The notes under the pieces are model-generated. The model did not search any database and had not been told where the DNA came from. It saw only the letters and a program-made list of their open reading frames with translations. A stretch of DNA of 64,000 nucleotides, from positions 186,001 through 250,000 of the IMG/VR virus record IMGVR_UViG_3300020473_000011. One strand, written 5' to 3'. The translations under genes were made by a program, and so were the position numbers. Shown piece after piece: positions 35,419-44,608 of this stretch (position 1 is its first letter; each line of letters begins with the position of its first letter).

Positions 35419-35955
35419 ATGACGACCCCTTCTCGCGCAAGCGCCGTACTAGCAAAGTACGAAGGCATGAAAGCCCCTAAGAAAATTGAAACAATCACGA
35501 ACAAAAACGGCGACGAGGTTATTCTCGTTAAAGCGGGTGAGTGGGATTACCACCGCAAAGCTCCAAATGCTGACAACTCTCCAATTAAGCTTGTTTCTAT
35601 GGTTGGTGGCCGTAACGGTGCAGACTATGAAATCGTTTACCGTGACCATTCGTCTCAGCTGTTCAAGTTTGAGGAAGGTCTTACCGTGGACGAAGCACTG
35701 TCAGACCGCGACTTTGCTATCCGTGAGGTGGCTATCGAGACACCGTCTAAGAGTTTCATGGATATTCCTAACGGTGATGATGTTGCCGATGAGTTGCTTA
35801 AAATTGATGGCGTGAGCGACGTTCAGCACTATGCGTCGTTTGTTGTGACATGCAGCCCTGACGGTGTTAGTGACCGTAACGTTATTCGTGACTTGCAACG
35901 CATCCGCGCTGAAATCTTCCATGTACTAAAAGCACATGACGCGCTTGAGTCGTAA
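35419..35955 (+). CDS. Hypothetical protein with leader-like N-terminus (MTTPSRASAVLAKYE)
   Basis: 178 aa; GAGG RBS. Confidence 0.75.
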   Translation: MTTPSRASAVLAKYEGMKAPKKIETITNKNGDEVILVKAGEWDYHRKAPNADNSPIKLVSMVGGRNGADYEIVYRDHSSQLFKFEEGLTVDEALSDRDFAIREVAIETPSKSFMDIPNGDDVADELLKIDGVSDVQHYASFVVTCSPDGVSDRNVIRDLQRIRAEIFHVLKAHDALES

Positions 35956-35972
35956 GACCAACGCAGCTAAAG

Positions 35973-35998
35973 AAAAGGCGTCGTATGACGCCTTTTTT
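35973..35998. terminator. Bidirectional terminator
   Basis: AAAAGGCGTCG-TAT-GACGCCTTTTTT. Confidence 0.85.
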
Positions 35999-36018
35999 GT
36001 TGAGTCCAGTTTAGAGTG

Positions 36019-36585
36019 CTACTCGAAAAGCAGTGCGTTGTACCAACGCACAGTTATCTTCTCTACGTAATCAATCGTCTCTTTGCTATGACGGCCTGTT
36101 ACATCAGGTAAACACTTTATGATCTCGTCGTATAAGACGGCCATACCACACTTTTTCTGTGCTTTAGTGATATTGCCTGCGCCTGCATTATAGCTCGCGA
36201 GTGCAAGCTTGTAGCGGTCTTCTTGTGGCCTTTCCGACAACCAGTAGTTGTTAAGCTGGCGCATATAAAGCGCTCCCGCGTTAATCGACACGGCTGGTAA
36301 CCAGAAGTCATCAAGATGGTCGTACTTGCTTTGCATATCCTTCGCTGTTGCAGGCATGAACTGCATAACACCTCGTGCACCTACGGGAGACACTGCAAAC
36401 GGGTCAAATCTTGACTCTTGCCATGCCTGAGCTTTCAAGTAGCGCCAGTCCGTGCCGAACGGCAGTAGCAGGGCGTACTCTTTAAACTCTTTGTCGTAAG
36501 TGCTTGGGATAATGCTAGCCGAGTGCGCAACCGATAATGACAGAAATTGCCAAAAAACGACCAGCATAATAAATAGCCTTTGCAT
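36019..36585 (-). CDS. Lytic transglycosylase (SLT domain), putative endolysin with N-terminal signal
   Basis: AQAWQESRFDP.AVSPVGARGVMQFMPATA, LASYNAGAG, ETIDYVEKI; start probably 36585 or 36567. Confidence 0.88.
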   Translation of the reverse strand: MQRLFIMLVVFWQFLSLSVAHSASIIPSTYDKEFKEYALLLPFGTDWRYLKAQAWQESRFDPFAVSPVGARGVMQFMPATAKDMQSKYDHLDDFWLPAVSINAGALYMRQLNNYWLSERPQEDRYKLALASYNAGAGNITKAQKKCGMAVLYDEIIKCLPDVTGRHSKETIDYVEKITVRWYNALLFE

Positions 36586-36736
36586 TGTCACCCGCCTGTT
36601 TAATCCAGTTTGAAAAAGTGGTTTCTCGCTTCTCAATCAGGTTGTCCATCCAAAACAGTGCCAGTCGGCCAAAGCCAATGCCAACGAGTGCCAGACAGAT
36701 TTTAAACAGCCCTTGGGCAATTGCAGTCTCTAACAT
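36515..36736 (-). CDS. Putative holin (73 aa, two hydrophobic segments)
   Basis: MLETAIAQGLFKICLALVGIGFGRLALFW...AIYYAGRFLAISVIIGCALG; upstream of and overlapping the SLT gene. Confidence 0.6.
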   Translation of the reverse strand: MLETAIAQGLFKICLALVGIGFGRLALFWMDNLIEKRETTFSNWIKQAGDNAKAIYYAGRFLAISVIIGCALG

Positions 36737-36863
36737 AATAAAGCCTCTTAGATTCGTGTTAACGTATCGCGGCTCAAGTCTCAACGATTGGATTATATCA
36801 CTAGAAGTATTCGGGTAGCAAAAAGGCGTCACATGGACGCCTTTGGCAGGATAGGGCACAAGC

Positions 36864-37172
36864 CTAAATAAGGTTGCCCAAGTCGTCGACCATGTCGACA
36901 AAAGCTTCTAGCGGCTCTTCTGAGCGGTCTACAAAGGCTTTAAGATAAGCGTGATGCTTCTCTAGGCGCTCAACCTCATCTTTCGTCAGTTCTTGCTGGT
37001 TGTTTAGGTGATTACCTACACGGTCAAGCTCAGCTTTTACATCACGCATTAGGTTCGACACCTCACGGTAATGCTTAAAGTGTTTGCGTTGGATGTCTTT
37101 TAGCTCATCCTTGCCAATGTTTGTTTGTACTGTGATTTTTGCTTCGTTTAATAGGCCAGCTGCGCGTGACAT
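36864..37172 (-). CDS. Coiled-coil hypothetical protein with leader (MSRAAGLLNE)
   Basis: ATG 37172 with GAGG RBS. Confidence 0.7.
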   Translation of the reverse strand: MSRAAGLLNEAKITVQTNIGKDELKDIQRKHFKHYREVSNLMRDVKAELDRVGNHLNNQQELTKDEVERLEKHHAYLKAFVDRSEEPLEAFVDMVDDLGNLI

Positions 37173-37235
37173 GACGTTTTCCTCAATAGTTCGATTAGTT
37201 AACAGCCTAAAGAATAGCATCGTTGTACAATGATG

Positions 37236-37430
37236 TTAAGGCACAAAAGCAACGTCGGCAGTTTTATCTTCATCGTCGACCAGTGGGACATCGTCTTTCA
37301 GGCAAAAACCGTAGTTGCCGTGATTCATAGTCAGGTGATAATCACCTTTCCCCTCAGCGCTTATTTCCTGCAACATCGCGATAGCTTCGTCCACCGTCAT
37401 TATTTCTTCGTTTTTGTGAAGATAGGGCAT
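37236..37430 (-). CDS. Small acidic hypothetical protein
   Basis: 64 aa; AAGGA RBS. Confidence 0.6.
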   Translation of the reverse strand: MPYLHKNEEIMTVDEAIAMLQEISAEGKGDYHLTMNHGNYGFCLKDDVPLVDDEDKTADVAFVP

Positions 37431-37668
37431 TTGTTGTTTCCTTTAGGGTCTCGTCATTATCACCGTTAGTGTTGCCCGCCAGTTTAGTTGGGATAAACCA
37501 GCTAGGCAACACTAATCGTTGTACAATGACTAGAGCGCGCCCCATCAGTGTTGACAGTTTTCTATGGGAATAAATATGGAAACCCTATTGTAATGGGCTT
37601 TATCGGGCGTTTTAGGCGTTTTCCATAGGTTTCCATAGAAATGTGTGGTTTTCGTCAGGATTTTCCAT

Positions 37669-37694
37669 AAAAAAGCCAGTCGTTGTGACTGGCT
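37669..37694 (-). terminator. Rho-independent terminator of the recombinase operon
   Basis: AAAAAAGCCAGT-CGTTGTG-ACTGGCT. Confidence 0.65.
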
Positions 37695-37700
37695 CGTTTA

Positions 37701-37874
37701 CTATTGCTTTTTGGGCTGAGCTAACTTAACGGCTCGTTGTACAATCAAATCGGCTCTCGATGGGGTCACACCATTGGCTTCCTTTGGCTCTACGCCTTTT
37801 ATGTGTGAATGACTATCTACCTCCAAGCTGATACCTGTTAGACTGTCTGTCACGTCGTAAATGCCCTTACTCAT
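37701..37874 (-). CDS. Small ORF (57 aa) missed by the ORF track
   Basis: MSKGIYDVTDSLTGISLEVDSHSHIKGVEPKEANGVTPSRADLIVQRAVKLAQPKKQ; GAGG RBS at the end of the upstream gene. Confidence 0.5.
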   Translation of the reverse strand: MSKGIYDVTDSLTGISLEVDSHSHIKGVEPKEANGVTPSRADLIVQRAVKLAQPKKQ

Positions 37875-37879
37875 ACTCT

Positions 37880-38311
37880 CTACCTCAAGGCTACTACATT
37901 AGCATGTCTCATCTGTGACTCTAGGTCTGACACCTGACGGCGGCTTACCCATAGCTGATAGACTAGGTTAGCCTCGCGTGTCACTGACTTATCCAGTTCG
38001 GCTTTGTACTCGTCGCGCTCTTCGCGGTAGCGTTCCTTAGCGCCTTCCTGTTCCTTAATATTACTACGATACTTCTCCTTTTGGGTAGGTGTGGCTTGCC
38101 CTGCTTTTTGTTTCGCAGCGTTCTTCAAGTCTTTTATACGCTGAATGACGCTAGGGTAGTGGTAAGCTGTACTTAGGCCAACGCCTGCTTCCTCTTCCAC
38201 TGCCTTAGCCGATAGCTTCCGTTTAGCTTCCACGCGAATAGGCGTACCGCTCTGTATGCGCGTAATCGCGTCAAATAGTTCTCTTTCAGTAGATTCACTC
38301 ATCTTTACCAC
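37880..38311 (-). CDS. HTH plus coiled-coil accessory protein (TnpC-like)
   Basis: LSAKAVEEEAGVGLSTAYHYP HTH, then a long coiled coil; last large gene of the operon. Confidence 0.6.
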   Translation of the reverse strand: MVKMSESTERELFDAITRIQSGTPIRVEAKRKLSAKAVEEEAGVGLSTAYHYPSVIQRIKDLKNAAKQKAGQATPTQKEKYRSNIKEQEGAKERYREERDEYKAELDKSVTREANLVYQLWVSRRQVSDLESQMRHANVVALR

Positions 38312-38315
38312 CTAA

Positions 38316-40391
38316 TTAGTTCGTGAAAGGTTCAAAAGCTACGTTGGCTTTCTGTAGCATGTGTTCAATCATTTTGATCTGCATCGTGCCTGAGTACATG
38401 ATCAAGTTACCGCCTGCAAAGTCTTCGGCATTCTTTTGGTCGTCACATAGCTCTTTATGAAGGTCTAGTAACAGTTCGAAGCTTTCGTCAGTATAAATCT
38501 GGCTGTCGCAATCCATACAAAGAGCAGGGTTGCTCTCATTGTCCATGTTGCACTTGTAGCCGCTTGAGCAGTAGCCTGCACCTGCCGCATGAATGCTTAT
38601 CTCGCCTTTCTTGATAAGCTTTTTCAGACCTTCCACTGACTGGTACATTTTGGGCATTTTATCACGTGAAGCTACGATGGACTCGCCTTTTTTGCCGTAC
38701 AAGGGCTTGTCTGTATTATACAAGTTGTCTGCAATTTTAGCCTGCATGTTCAAGCGTTCATCTAGGATTTGACTAATAAGCTCTAACTGCGACTTACTAT
38801 CCTTATTCGCGTCAAAGAAACCCGCGAAGGCTGCGTGGTTTGCATAGTGACGCGACATGTCTGCACAAAGATGTTTGAACTGTTGCTTTATGGCAGACAC
38901 CGACGCTAAGTCATGGCGAACTGCAAATACAGCTAAGCTACGGCGCAGTTGATGTAGCGATAATTGCCATACACTACCAACGAGAATTGGGTCTGATGCC
39001 AAAGTTGGATTCAAACGCTTGTACTCTTCTACGTCATCAGCTGTAACGCGGTAGCCGCACGCGTCGCTCACTGCTTGTGTATACTGGCTATTGTGCGCAG
39101 GCAACTCTGTAGGCGGCACACCTGCCCGTTGATTCGCTACCCATAAATGGTCGCGTAGCGTTTCAATCTCCGCAGCTTTAGGGTGACCTTCATCAATGAA
39201 TTTTTGGCAACGGCCTTGAATGGGCTTTGCTAAGATAGCCGCAGTTTCTATGGCCTTTTTAGTGATAGGCGCTGTCACCCAAACATCAGGCGTACCCTGA
39301 TGTGAGTTAGACATCTTATGTGTTACCGACTTAATCAAAGGGACGTTTGTGTTGTTGTAATTTGCGATGTAGTAGCTGTCTGGTTTAATCTCATAGGCGT
39401 CACTACTGCGCATACCCGTATACGCCACACAGGCCACAAAACAAGTTACTTGCGCTCTGTTGTAAAGTACTGTGTAAGCACGGAATAACGCATTAGGTGC
39501 ATTTATCGGTGCTGCAATAGCTTTTAGCTCTTCGTAAAGCTTTGTGCCTTTTAGACCGTCCTCAATGATAGCGCGTGATTCACGGGGTGTACGACTGTTA
39601 ATTGCACGCGCCTTAACCTCGACCCCTTTTTCAATACAAGCAGTTACGCCCGCATCATAATTCTGGTACAGTTCCGCTTGAACACGTGCTAGCACTGAGG
39701 CTTCTGCCCAGTAGCGTTCGATTGAATCGTCTAAGTGATTCAAAAGACTTGCGTAAACGTTCGTAGGCAAGGCAGGGTACTGCCTAATTAGCTGCTTATC
39801 GTCTGCGCCAATTGCCTTGGCGCTCAACGGGTTTACACCTAGTGTTGGAACGCGAAACGGTAATAAGCTCTCTAGGTTCTCTAGGTGCGATAACAGTGCG
39901 TTATAGCCACTTATTGATTGGGCTGATAAGTTCTTACTGGCCAAGTGTACTGCTAGGTTATCAAACACCTGCGTATTGCAAAGGGCTGCAAACGACGAGT
40001 GCTGTTCCTTGTCTAAGAAGGATGCCATGCTTTTAGCGTTAGAAAGCAGCCCTGAGATAGAACCCGCTTTAAGCAGGCGCGTCGATCCCGCTGGTGCTCG
40101 AAGAAACGTGTAGATGATTGACTTAACTTCGGCTCTAAGTGCTGGGTTCTTAATCTTCTCAAAGCGAAAGATCAGCTTATTTCCATTTTTCAGCGATTTC
40201 TGCTGATTCAAGTCCCATATATCATCTGCAAACGTAACTACTTCGCCATTGGGGAAAGCGGCTACGGTGATGCTCTTTTGCTTGTCGTCACTCAGTGGGC
40301 TTTTTAGCTCACCAAGGTTGATAAAATCAACCTTGCCCTCAAAGACTACATTTGCGTCATCTGTGACGTGAAGCTGTGTGGCTGCACCCAT
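38316..40391 (-). CDS. Tyrosine recombinase, large (TnpB-like)
   Basis: TGMRSSD (R), HKMS (K), HQLRRSLA (HxxR), FKHLCADMSRHY (H...Y); C-terminal Cys cluster. Confidence 0.85.
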   Translation of the reverse strand: MGAATQLHVTDDANVVFEGKVDFINLGELKSPLSDDKQKSITVAAFPNGEVVTFADDIWDLNQQKSLKNGNKLIFRFEKIKNPALRAEVKSIIYTFLRAPAGSTRLLKAGSISGLLSNAKSMASFLDKEQHSSFAALCNTQVFDNLAVHLASKNLSAQSISGYNALLSHLENLESLLPFRVPTLGVNPLSAKAIGADDKQLIRQYPALPTNVYASLLNHLDDSIERYWAEASVLARVQAELYQNYDAGVTACIEKGVEVKARAINSRTPRESRAIIEDGLKGTKLYEELKAIAAPINAPNALFRAYTVLYNRAQVTCFVACVAYTGMRSSDAYEIKPDSYYIANYNNTNVPLIKSVTHKMSNSHQGTPDVWVTAPITKKAIETAAILAKPIQGRCQKFIDEGHPKAAEIETLRDHLWVANQRAGVPPTELPAHNSQYTQAVSDACGYRVTADDVEEYKRLNPTLASDPILVGSVWQLSLHQLRRSLAVFAVRHDLASVSAIKQQFKHLCADMSRHYANHAAFAGFFDANKDSKSQLELISQILDERLNMQAKIADNLYNTDKPLYGKKGESIVASRDKMPKMYQSVEGLKKLIKKGEISIHAAGAGYCSSGYKCNMDNESNPALCMDCDSQIYTDESFELLLDLHKELCDDQKNAEDFAGGNLIMYSGTMQIKMIEHMLQKANVAFEPFTN

Positions 40392-40392
40392 C

Positions 40393-42141
40393 CTATACCT
40401 CCAAACTTAGTGTAGATTTCGCGTAGGAACGCCAAAATTTGTGGATTCCTTCGCTGAACAGCTTAGATTCTGCGGCTTTTACGTTATCTTTAACGAACAA
40501 AGCAAGCAGGCTCTCAATTCTTGCCAACAACTTACCCTTTGATTTCTCGAAGTGGTCGGCATCCTTGTACTTACTTGAAGACGCAAGAACGACTTCTTTG
40601 TAAGACAACAATTGGTAGGCATCGTCGATAGTGTCAACTAGCGCATAGTTGCTGCACGTTAGGCAGCTATCAAACATCGTACACGGCATTTCCTCAGCAC
40701 TGGCTAGACCAAGCTTCTCAAGGATAGGCGCATGTTTGCGTTGTGATTTAGTTGGGTTTGCACCCTCATACGGGTTAGAACAACGACCGCCCGATGGTAC
40801 AGCCTCATTCTTTTTGTACTTCTGGTTTATGGCATCCAGCGGTAGTAGCTCAATACCAAGCTCGTCAGCAAGTTCTTGCTTGGCCTCGTCGACCGTCAAA
40901 CCCTTACCGAGTTTACTTAATACTGTGATGGCTGCGTGTGACTGCTCGTAGTTCTCCGCTTCGTTACCACTGCCGAGGTAGTGCTCAACTGCGACGCCTG
41001 TTGAGTGCCCAGCGTCTTTTGCAGCGGCTACGATACCTGCTGCTCTGGTAGCTGTTTGGAAACGGTTTTTACGGAAGCGCTCGGCACTAAGCATTAGCTT
41101 GGAACCATCGTCAGCCTGTACCTTAAAATGTCTGAATAACATATCAGACACAGCGGTGATGAAGTTCATCACAGGCTGAACAATCTTGCCGTTGACTTGT
41201 AAGAAACTAAATAACTTCCCATCAGCTGCGGGATTATGCTTTGTATTCTCTAACAGTAGCTCTACCAGTGCTATCTCACGAGGTGTAGACATTAAGCGCG
41301 AAACATCATGGTTCGCACGTGCTTTATGCGCATTGATCTCATAGACTGTGCTCGACTTAGATTTTTTGCGCGTGATACAGTCAATTGTTAGGCTCTGCAA
41401 TACAGCCGTATTTAGACCTGTGTATAGCGATAAGCGGAACATGCCTAGGGTACTTAATAGCCACCAAGCTGTCCCTTTAGCCTCTGGTACGTTATAAGAA
41501 AAATTGCGGTCATTAGCCCTCAAACTAAACGTGCTACCGTTAGGGTTGGCTTTCAATTGCTTAGACAGCTGGTCGTGCAAGTCACAAACCGCTTTCTTTA
41601 GGCAGCGTTGCTCGGTCTGAGAGTAAGCGCGGCGTACCTCACGACCACCACGTTTAACAAAAGGCGGCGTGGCTCCTATGATCGGCTTAGGGTCAATACC
41701 CGCGACCACCAGTAGCTTCTTGTAAGCTGACCAGTCCCCCCATGCGGTTGATTGCTTGTAGCGTACCCGAGGGTCACGTACTTTTTGAGTCCAGTACTCA
41801 ATGACCGCGTTACCACCTTCTGGTGAATCTAGGCTTACTTCTAATTCGTCACTTAGGGCTGTGAGTTTGCACCAGCGCTTATACGTTGACTTAATAGTGC
41901 TTGCGCTATTTGTCGCTGTCGTAACCCATTCCCATAATGCGTTAACGATGTGCTGGCGTGCTGGCACAAGCTCAGCATGCACGTCGCAATTTAGATGGTA
42001 AAGATGTGATACAGCCACTTCGTAATTTTCCCCGCTTGGAAGCGTTACCTTACGCGATTGTGCGTGCATTGGTAAAGCCAGCGCTGTAGGCTTACTCGGG
42101 GCTTTTAAACTTGATGCACGTGATCGACTAATTCTTCGCAT
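40393..42141 (-). CDS. Degenerate tyrosine-recombinase-like protein
   Basis: TGLNTAVL (catalytic R replaced), KARAN, ERFRK, AGHSTGVAVEHY; C-terminal Cys cluster. Confidence 0.65.
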   Translation of the reverse strand: MRRISRSRASSLKAPSKPTALALPMHAQSRKVTLPSGENYEVAVSHLYHLNCDVHAELVPARQHIVNALWEWVTTATNSASTIKSTYKRWCKLTALSDELEVSLDSPEGGNAVIEYWTQKVRDPRVRYKQSTAWGDWSAYKKLLVVAGIDPKPIIGATPPFVKRGGREVRRAYSQTEQRCLKKAVCDLHDQLSKQLKANPNGSTFSLRANDRNFSYNVPEAKGTAWWLLSTLGMFRLSLYTGLNTAVLQSLTIDCITRKKSKSSTVYEINAHKARANHDVSRLMSTPREIALVELLLENTKHNPAADGKLFSFLQVNGKIVQPVMNFITAVSDMLFRHFKVQADDGSKLMLSAERFRKNRFQTATRAAGIVAAAKDAGHSTGVAVEHYLGSGNEAENYEQSHAAITVLSKLGKGLTVDEAKQELADELGIELLPLDAINQKYKKNEAVPSGGRCSNPYEGANPTKSQRKHAPILEKLGLASAEEMPCTMFDSCLTCSNYALVDTIDDAYQLLSYKEVVLASSSKYKDADHFEKSKGKLLARIESLLALFVKDNVKAAESKLFSEGIHKFWRSYAKSTLSLEV

Positions 42142-43399
42142 GACCTTCCCCTAGTAAAGCTATTTCAAGTTCACGGTCACGAGCCTCAGCGATGTATCGT
42201 GCTGCGTCGTTACCATTTACGAAGTCTAGGTAGTCCATTAAGGTTTTAACGTCCTCGTGACCCATCCAGCGCTGTAGAACACTAAGCGCACTGCCACTGT
42301 TCATTGTTTCCAATAGCTCAGATAGGCGGTGTGTTGCATACGTCGAGCGTAAATCGTGGAATGAATACTCGAATGGGTTTGAGGTTTCGGCGCGTATCAG
42401 GTCAACCACGCGACGAAAGCCTTTGTACGCAGCTGACTGACCGAAGCCTAGACCTTTCTGAGTAATGAATAATGGTATGTTACCGCCGTCAAACGCGTCG
42501 CTTGCTTCAAATAGCGCACGGCGCTTCTTGTGTTTCTCTGATGAGCGGTAATCTAAAAGTTTGTTGTTTAACCAGTCAGGCATTTCGATTGGGCGGTCTT
42601 TGTTGCCCTTAGTTTCGTTACCACCTGTACTTAAACCAATCCAGACTTCGTTACCACCTGATAGCTTAGCGTCGACTAATTTCTCTGTGTACGTAGCAAC
42701 TTCGGTAATACGCATGCCTGTAAACAACGACAGCTGAACCATCAATTGAGTTTCTTCGTTTGCACGTACTAGGTAATCCCCCAATAAGCGTAGGTCTGAC
42801 AAGGTTAAAGGACGTAGCACACGACCCCCTTGTTTCTTACCACCGACAATACGTAGGTCAGTACTATCAACCACAATTTTCTTAGTGGCCATCGTATCGC
42901 TTTTAAGGTTGTGGGTGAGTGATTCACAGCGGAATGGGGCGCGGCGTTGGTCATATTCGAATACGCCCTCATACAGCGCCCATTTGTAAAAACTCACGAC
43001 AACATTCATGTAGCTTTTAGCTGTAGACGCAGCTAACGTACCGCCATCAACGGCAGCTTGCAGCGTATCTCTGAAAACGTAAGTAGGGCGCGTAGACGGC
43101 GTCGTACCAAACGTAAACCAATCAAAGTTGTTAATCTCTAAGAATCGGCAGTAGAAGAGTAAAGCTGTAGCTGTACTAGATAAACTCTTTAGGTTCTTAC
43201 GCAGCTTACGGTCGAAGAAGTACATCACCGCCTCTTGAACGATTTCACCTTCTCCATTGAATAAAACTGGGAACCTATCAATCGTACGTGATACCTCATC
43301 GCTGAACACGGCCAACAGTTCGCCAGCGTCTTCTGTGATCTCAACCGATTTATGCAACGGCATATCGGTAATCCAATGTAGGTAAGCTTCTTGTGTCAT
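42128..43399 (-). CDS. Tyrosine recombinase / integrase
   Basis: TGMRITEV, KGNKDR, HDLRSTYA, MGHEDVKTLMDY: complete R-K-H-R-H-Y set. Confidence 0.93.
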   Translation of the reverse strand: MTQEAYLHWITDMPLHKSVEITEDAGELLAVFSDEVSRTIDRFPVLFNGEGEIVQEAVMYFFDRKLRKNLKSLSSTATALLFYCRFLEINNFDWFTFGTTPSTRPTYVFRDTLQAAVDGGTLAASTAKSYMNVVVSFYKWALYEGVFEYDQRRAPFRCESLTHNLKSDTMATKKIVVDSTDLRIVGGKKQGGRVLRPLTLSDLRLLGDYLVRANEETQLMVQLSLFTGMRITEVATYTEKLVDAKLSGGNEVWIGLSTGGNETKGNKDRPIEMPDWLNNKLLDYRSSEKHKKRRALFEASDAFDGGNIPLFITQKGLGFGQSAAYKGFRRVVDLIRAETSNPFEYSFHDLRSTYATHRLSELLETMNSGSALSVLQRWMGHEDVKTLMDYLDFVNGNDAARYIAEARDRELEIALLGEGHAKN

Positions 43400-44523
43400 A
43401 CTACTGCTGCCTTTTTAAAGTCGTCTAGTGTCCAAGTATCAAAGTAGCCTTCGTTACCGTCACCCTCACAGGCCGCATAGGCCATCTGGCCGTAGCCATA
43501 ACAGTTGAACTCACAATTAACGAGGTCGGCACTATCGGCAAGGTCAGTGTGTGTTTTACGGTCGTATTCTTCCATGCCCATTGCTTGGATGGGGCACTCT
43601 TCGTCACAGCCTTCTGGCGTTATTAAATGGTTATCTTTTACGTAGGTTTCCATGACGCGTTGCGTGGCGTCGCCGAAGACTCCCGCTACGAACTCTTCGC
43701 GCGTTTCAGTACGCATACCGCTGCCTGATTCAAAGGTTGGAACGTCTAAGCCTGTGTTAGATTCGAAGAACTCAAGGTACGTCGTTATGTTGTCTTTTAG
43801 CGGCTCACCTGTACGCTTGGCGTAAGTCGATTTGTCGTAACCTGTGTCACGAAAGTCGCTCTCTACGTACTCAGCGCCTGACCATTCTTTAATAACGGCG
43901 AGTATAAATTTTTGACGGAAGCCGTCTTTGTTTTCGGGATCGACGTACTTAGTAAGGATTGCGTGCAGCTCGTCGAAATGGTCTGCCGTGACTTCAATAG
44001 GCTGCTCACTTGCTGCTTGAAAGTCGTTGAATGTCCAGTCTTGAAAGTCAGCATTCTCAACAAAGCTATCCCGTAGGGCAGTGCCTAGTTGCGTGTAGCC
44101 CACAAAAATTGACTCTAACGCTAATTCTTCGGCATCTGTTTCAGCTTCGGCTCCCATAATGTACTTGTGAGCTTCTTCGTGATTTAAAGGACGCTTTTTG
44201 TCGTATGACATGCCCAAAAAGTTTTTACGCACATAGTGCTGAACAAAGCTACTCGTTAGTGAATGTAGGAACTGGTAGACCGCCTCGTCGTAGCGTAGGT
44301 ACTGACGGCATAGGTCTGTGAGATATACGTCGGGACGTACGTCACTTTCCATTAAGCATAGTTCTTTGAATGTCGTAGCATCGTCGGCATCTGGCCATAC
44401 TTCTGTAACGTAGCTAACAAACTTTTGGAATGCGAAGCCTTTCTTACCTGTTTCGTAAAACTTAGCTAGTCCAGCTTCTATCTTTTCTAAATCTTCTAAC
44501 GTAACGACTCTTAACGTGGTCAT
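43396..44523 (-). CDS. Acidic hypothetical protein, first gene of the recombinase operon
   Basis: 375 aa; ATGA overlap with the integrase gene. Confidence 0.75.
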   Translation of the reverse strand: MTTLRVVTLEDLEKIEAGLAKFYETGKKGFAFQKFVSYVTEVWPDADDATTFKELCLMESDVRPDVYLTDLCRQYLRYDEAVYQFLHSLTSSFVQHYVRKNFLGMSYDKKRPLNHEEAHKYIMGAEAETDAEELALESIFVGYTQLGTALRDSFVENADFQDWTFNDFQAASEQPIEVTADHFDELHAILTKYVDPENKDGFRQKFILAVIKEWSGAEYVESDFRDTGYDKSTYAKRTGEPLKDNITTYLEFFESNTGLDVPTFESGSGMRTETREEFVAGVFGDATQRVMETYVKDNHLITPEGCDEECPIQAMGMEEYDRKTHTDLADSADLVNCEFNCYGYGQMAYAACEGDGNEGYFDTWTLDDFKKAAVV

Positions 44524-44608
44524 AGGAATACTCTAAAGCTACATCAATAACTTTATTATATTCCATACTTTCCATAATTACAATAAGGCTACATTACTTT
44601 CCATAGAA

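Larger units (their letters stand above)
37560..44608. mobile_element. Putative tyrosine-recombinase element (three recombinase-like genes, small TnpC-like gene, cargo)
   Basis: Coupled operon 37880-44523; TTCTATGGGAA (37560) and TTTCCATAGAA (44598-44608) form imperfect terminal inverted repeats; further TTCCATA copies near both ends. Confidence 0.6.

Noticed and set aside
36515-36901. 128-aa version of the holin-like ORF
   Set aside because: Its upstream part overlaps the 36864 gene end and a hairpin; the ATG at 36736 with AGAGG RBS is the more plausible start
42128-43399. Calling the integrase the phage's own lysogeny integrase
   Set aside because: No repressor/cro switch or att-like tRNA duplication is visible, and it sits in a multi-recombinase operon with terminal repeats; left as an alternative only
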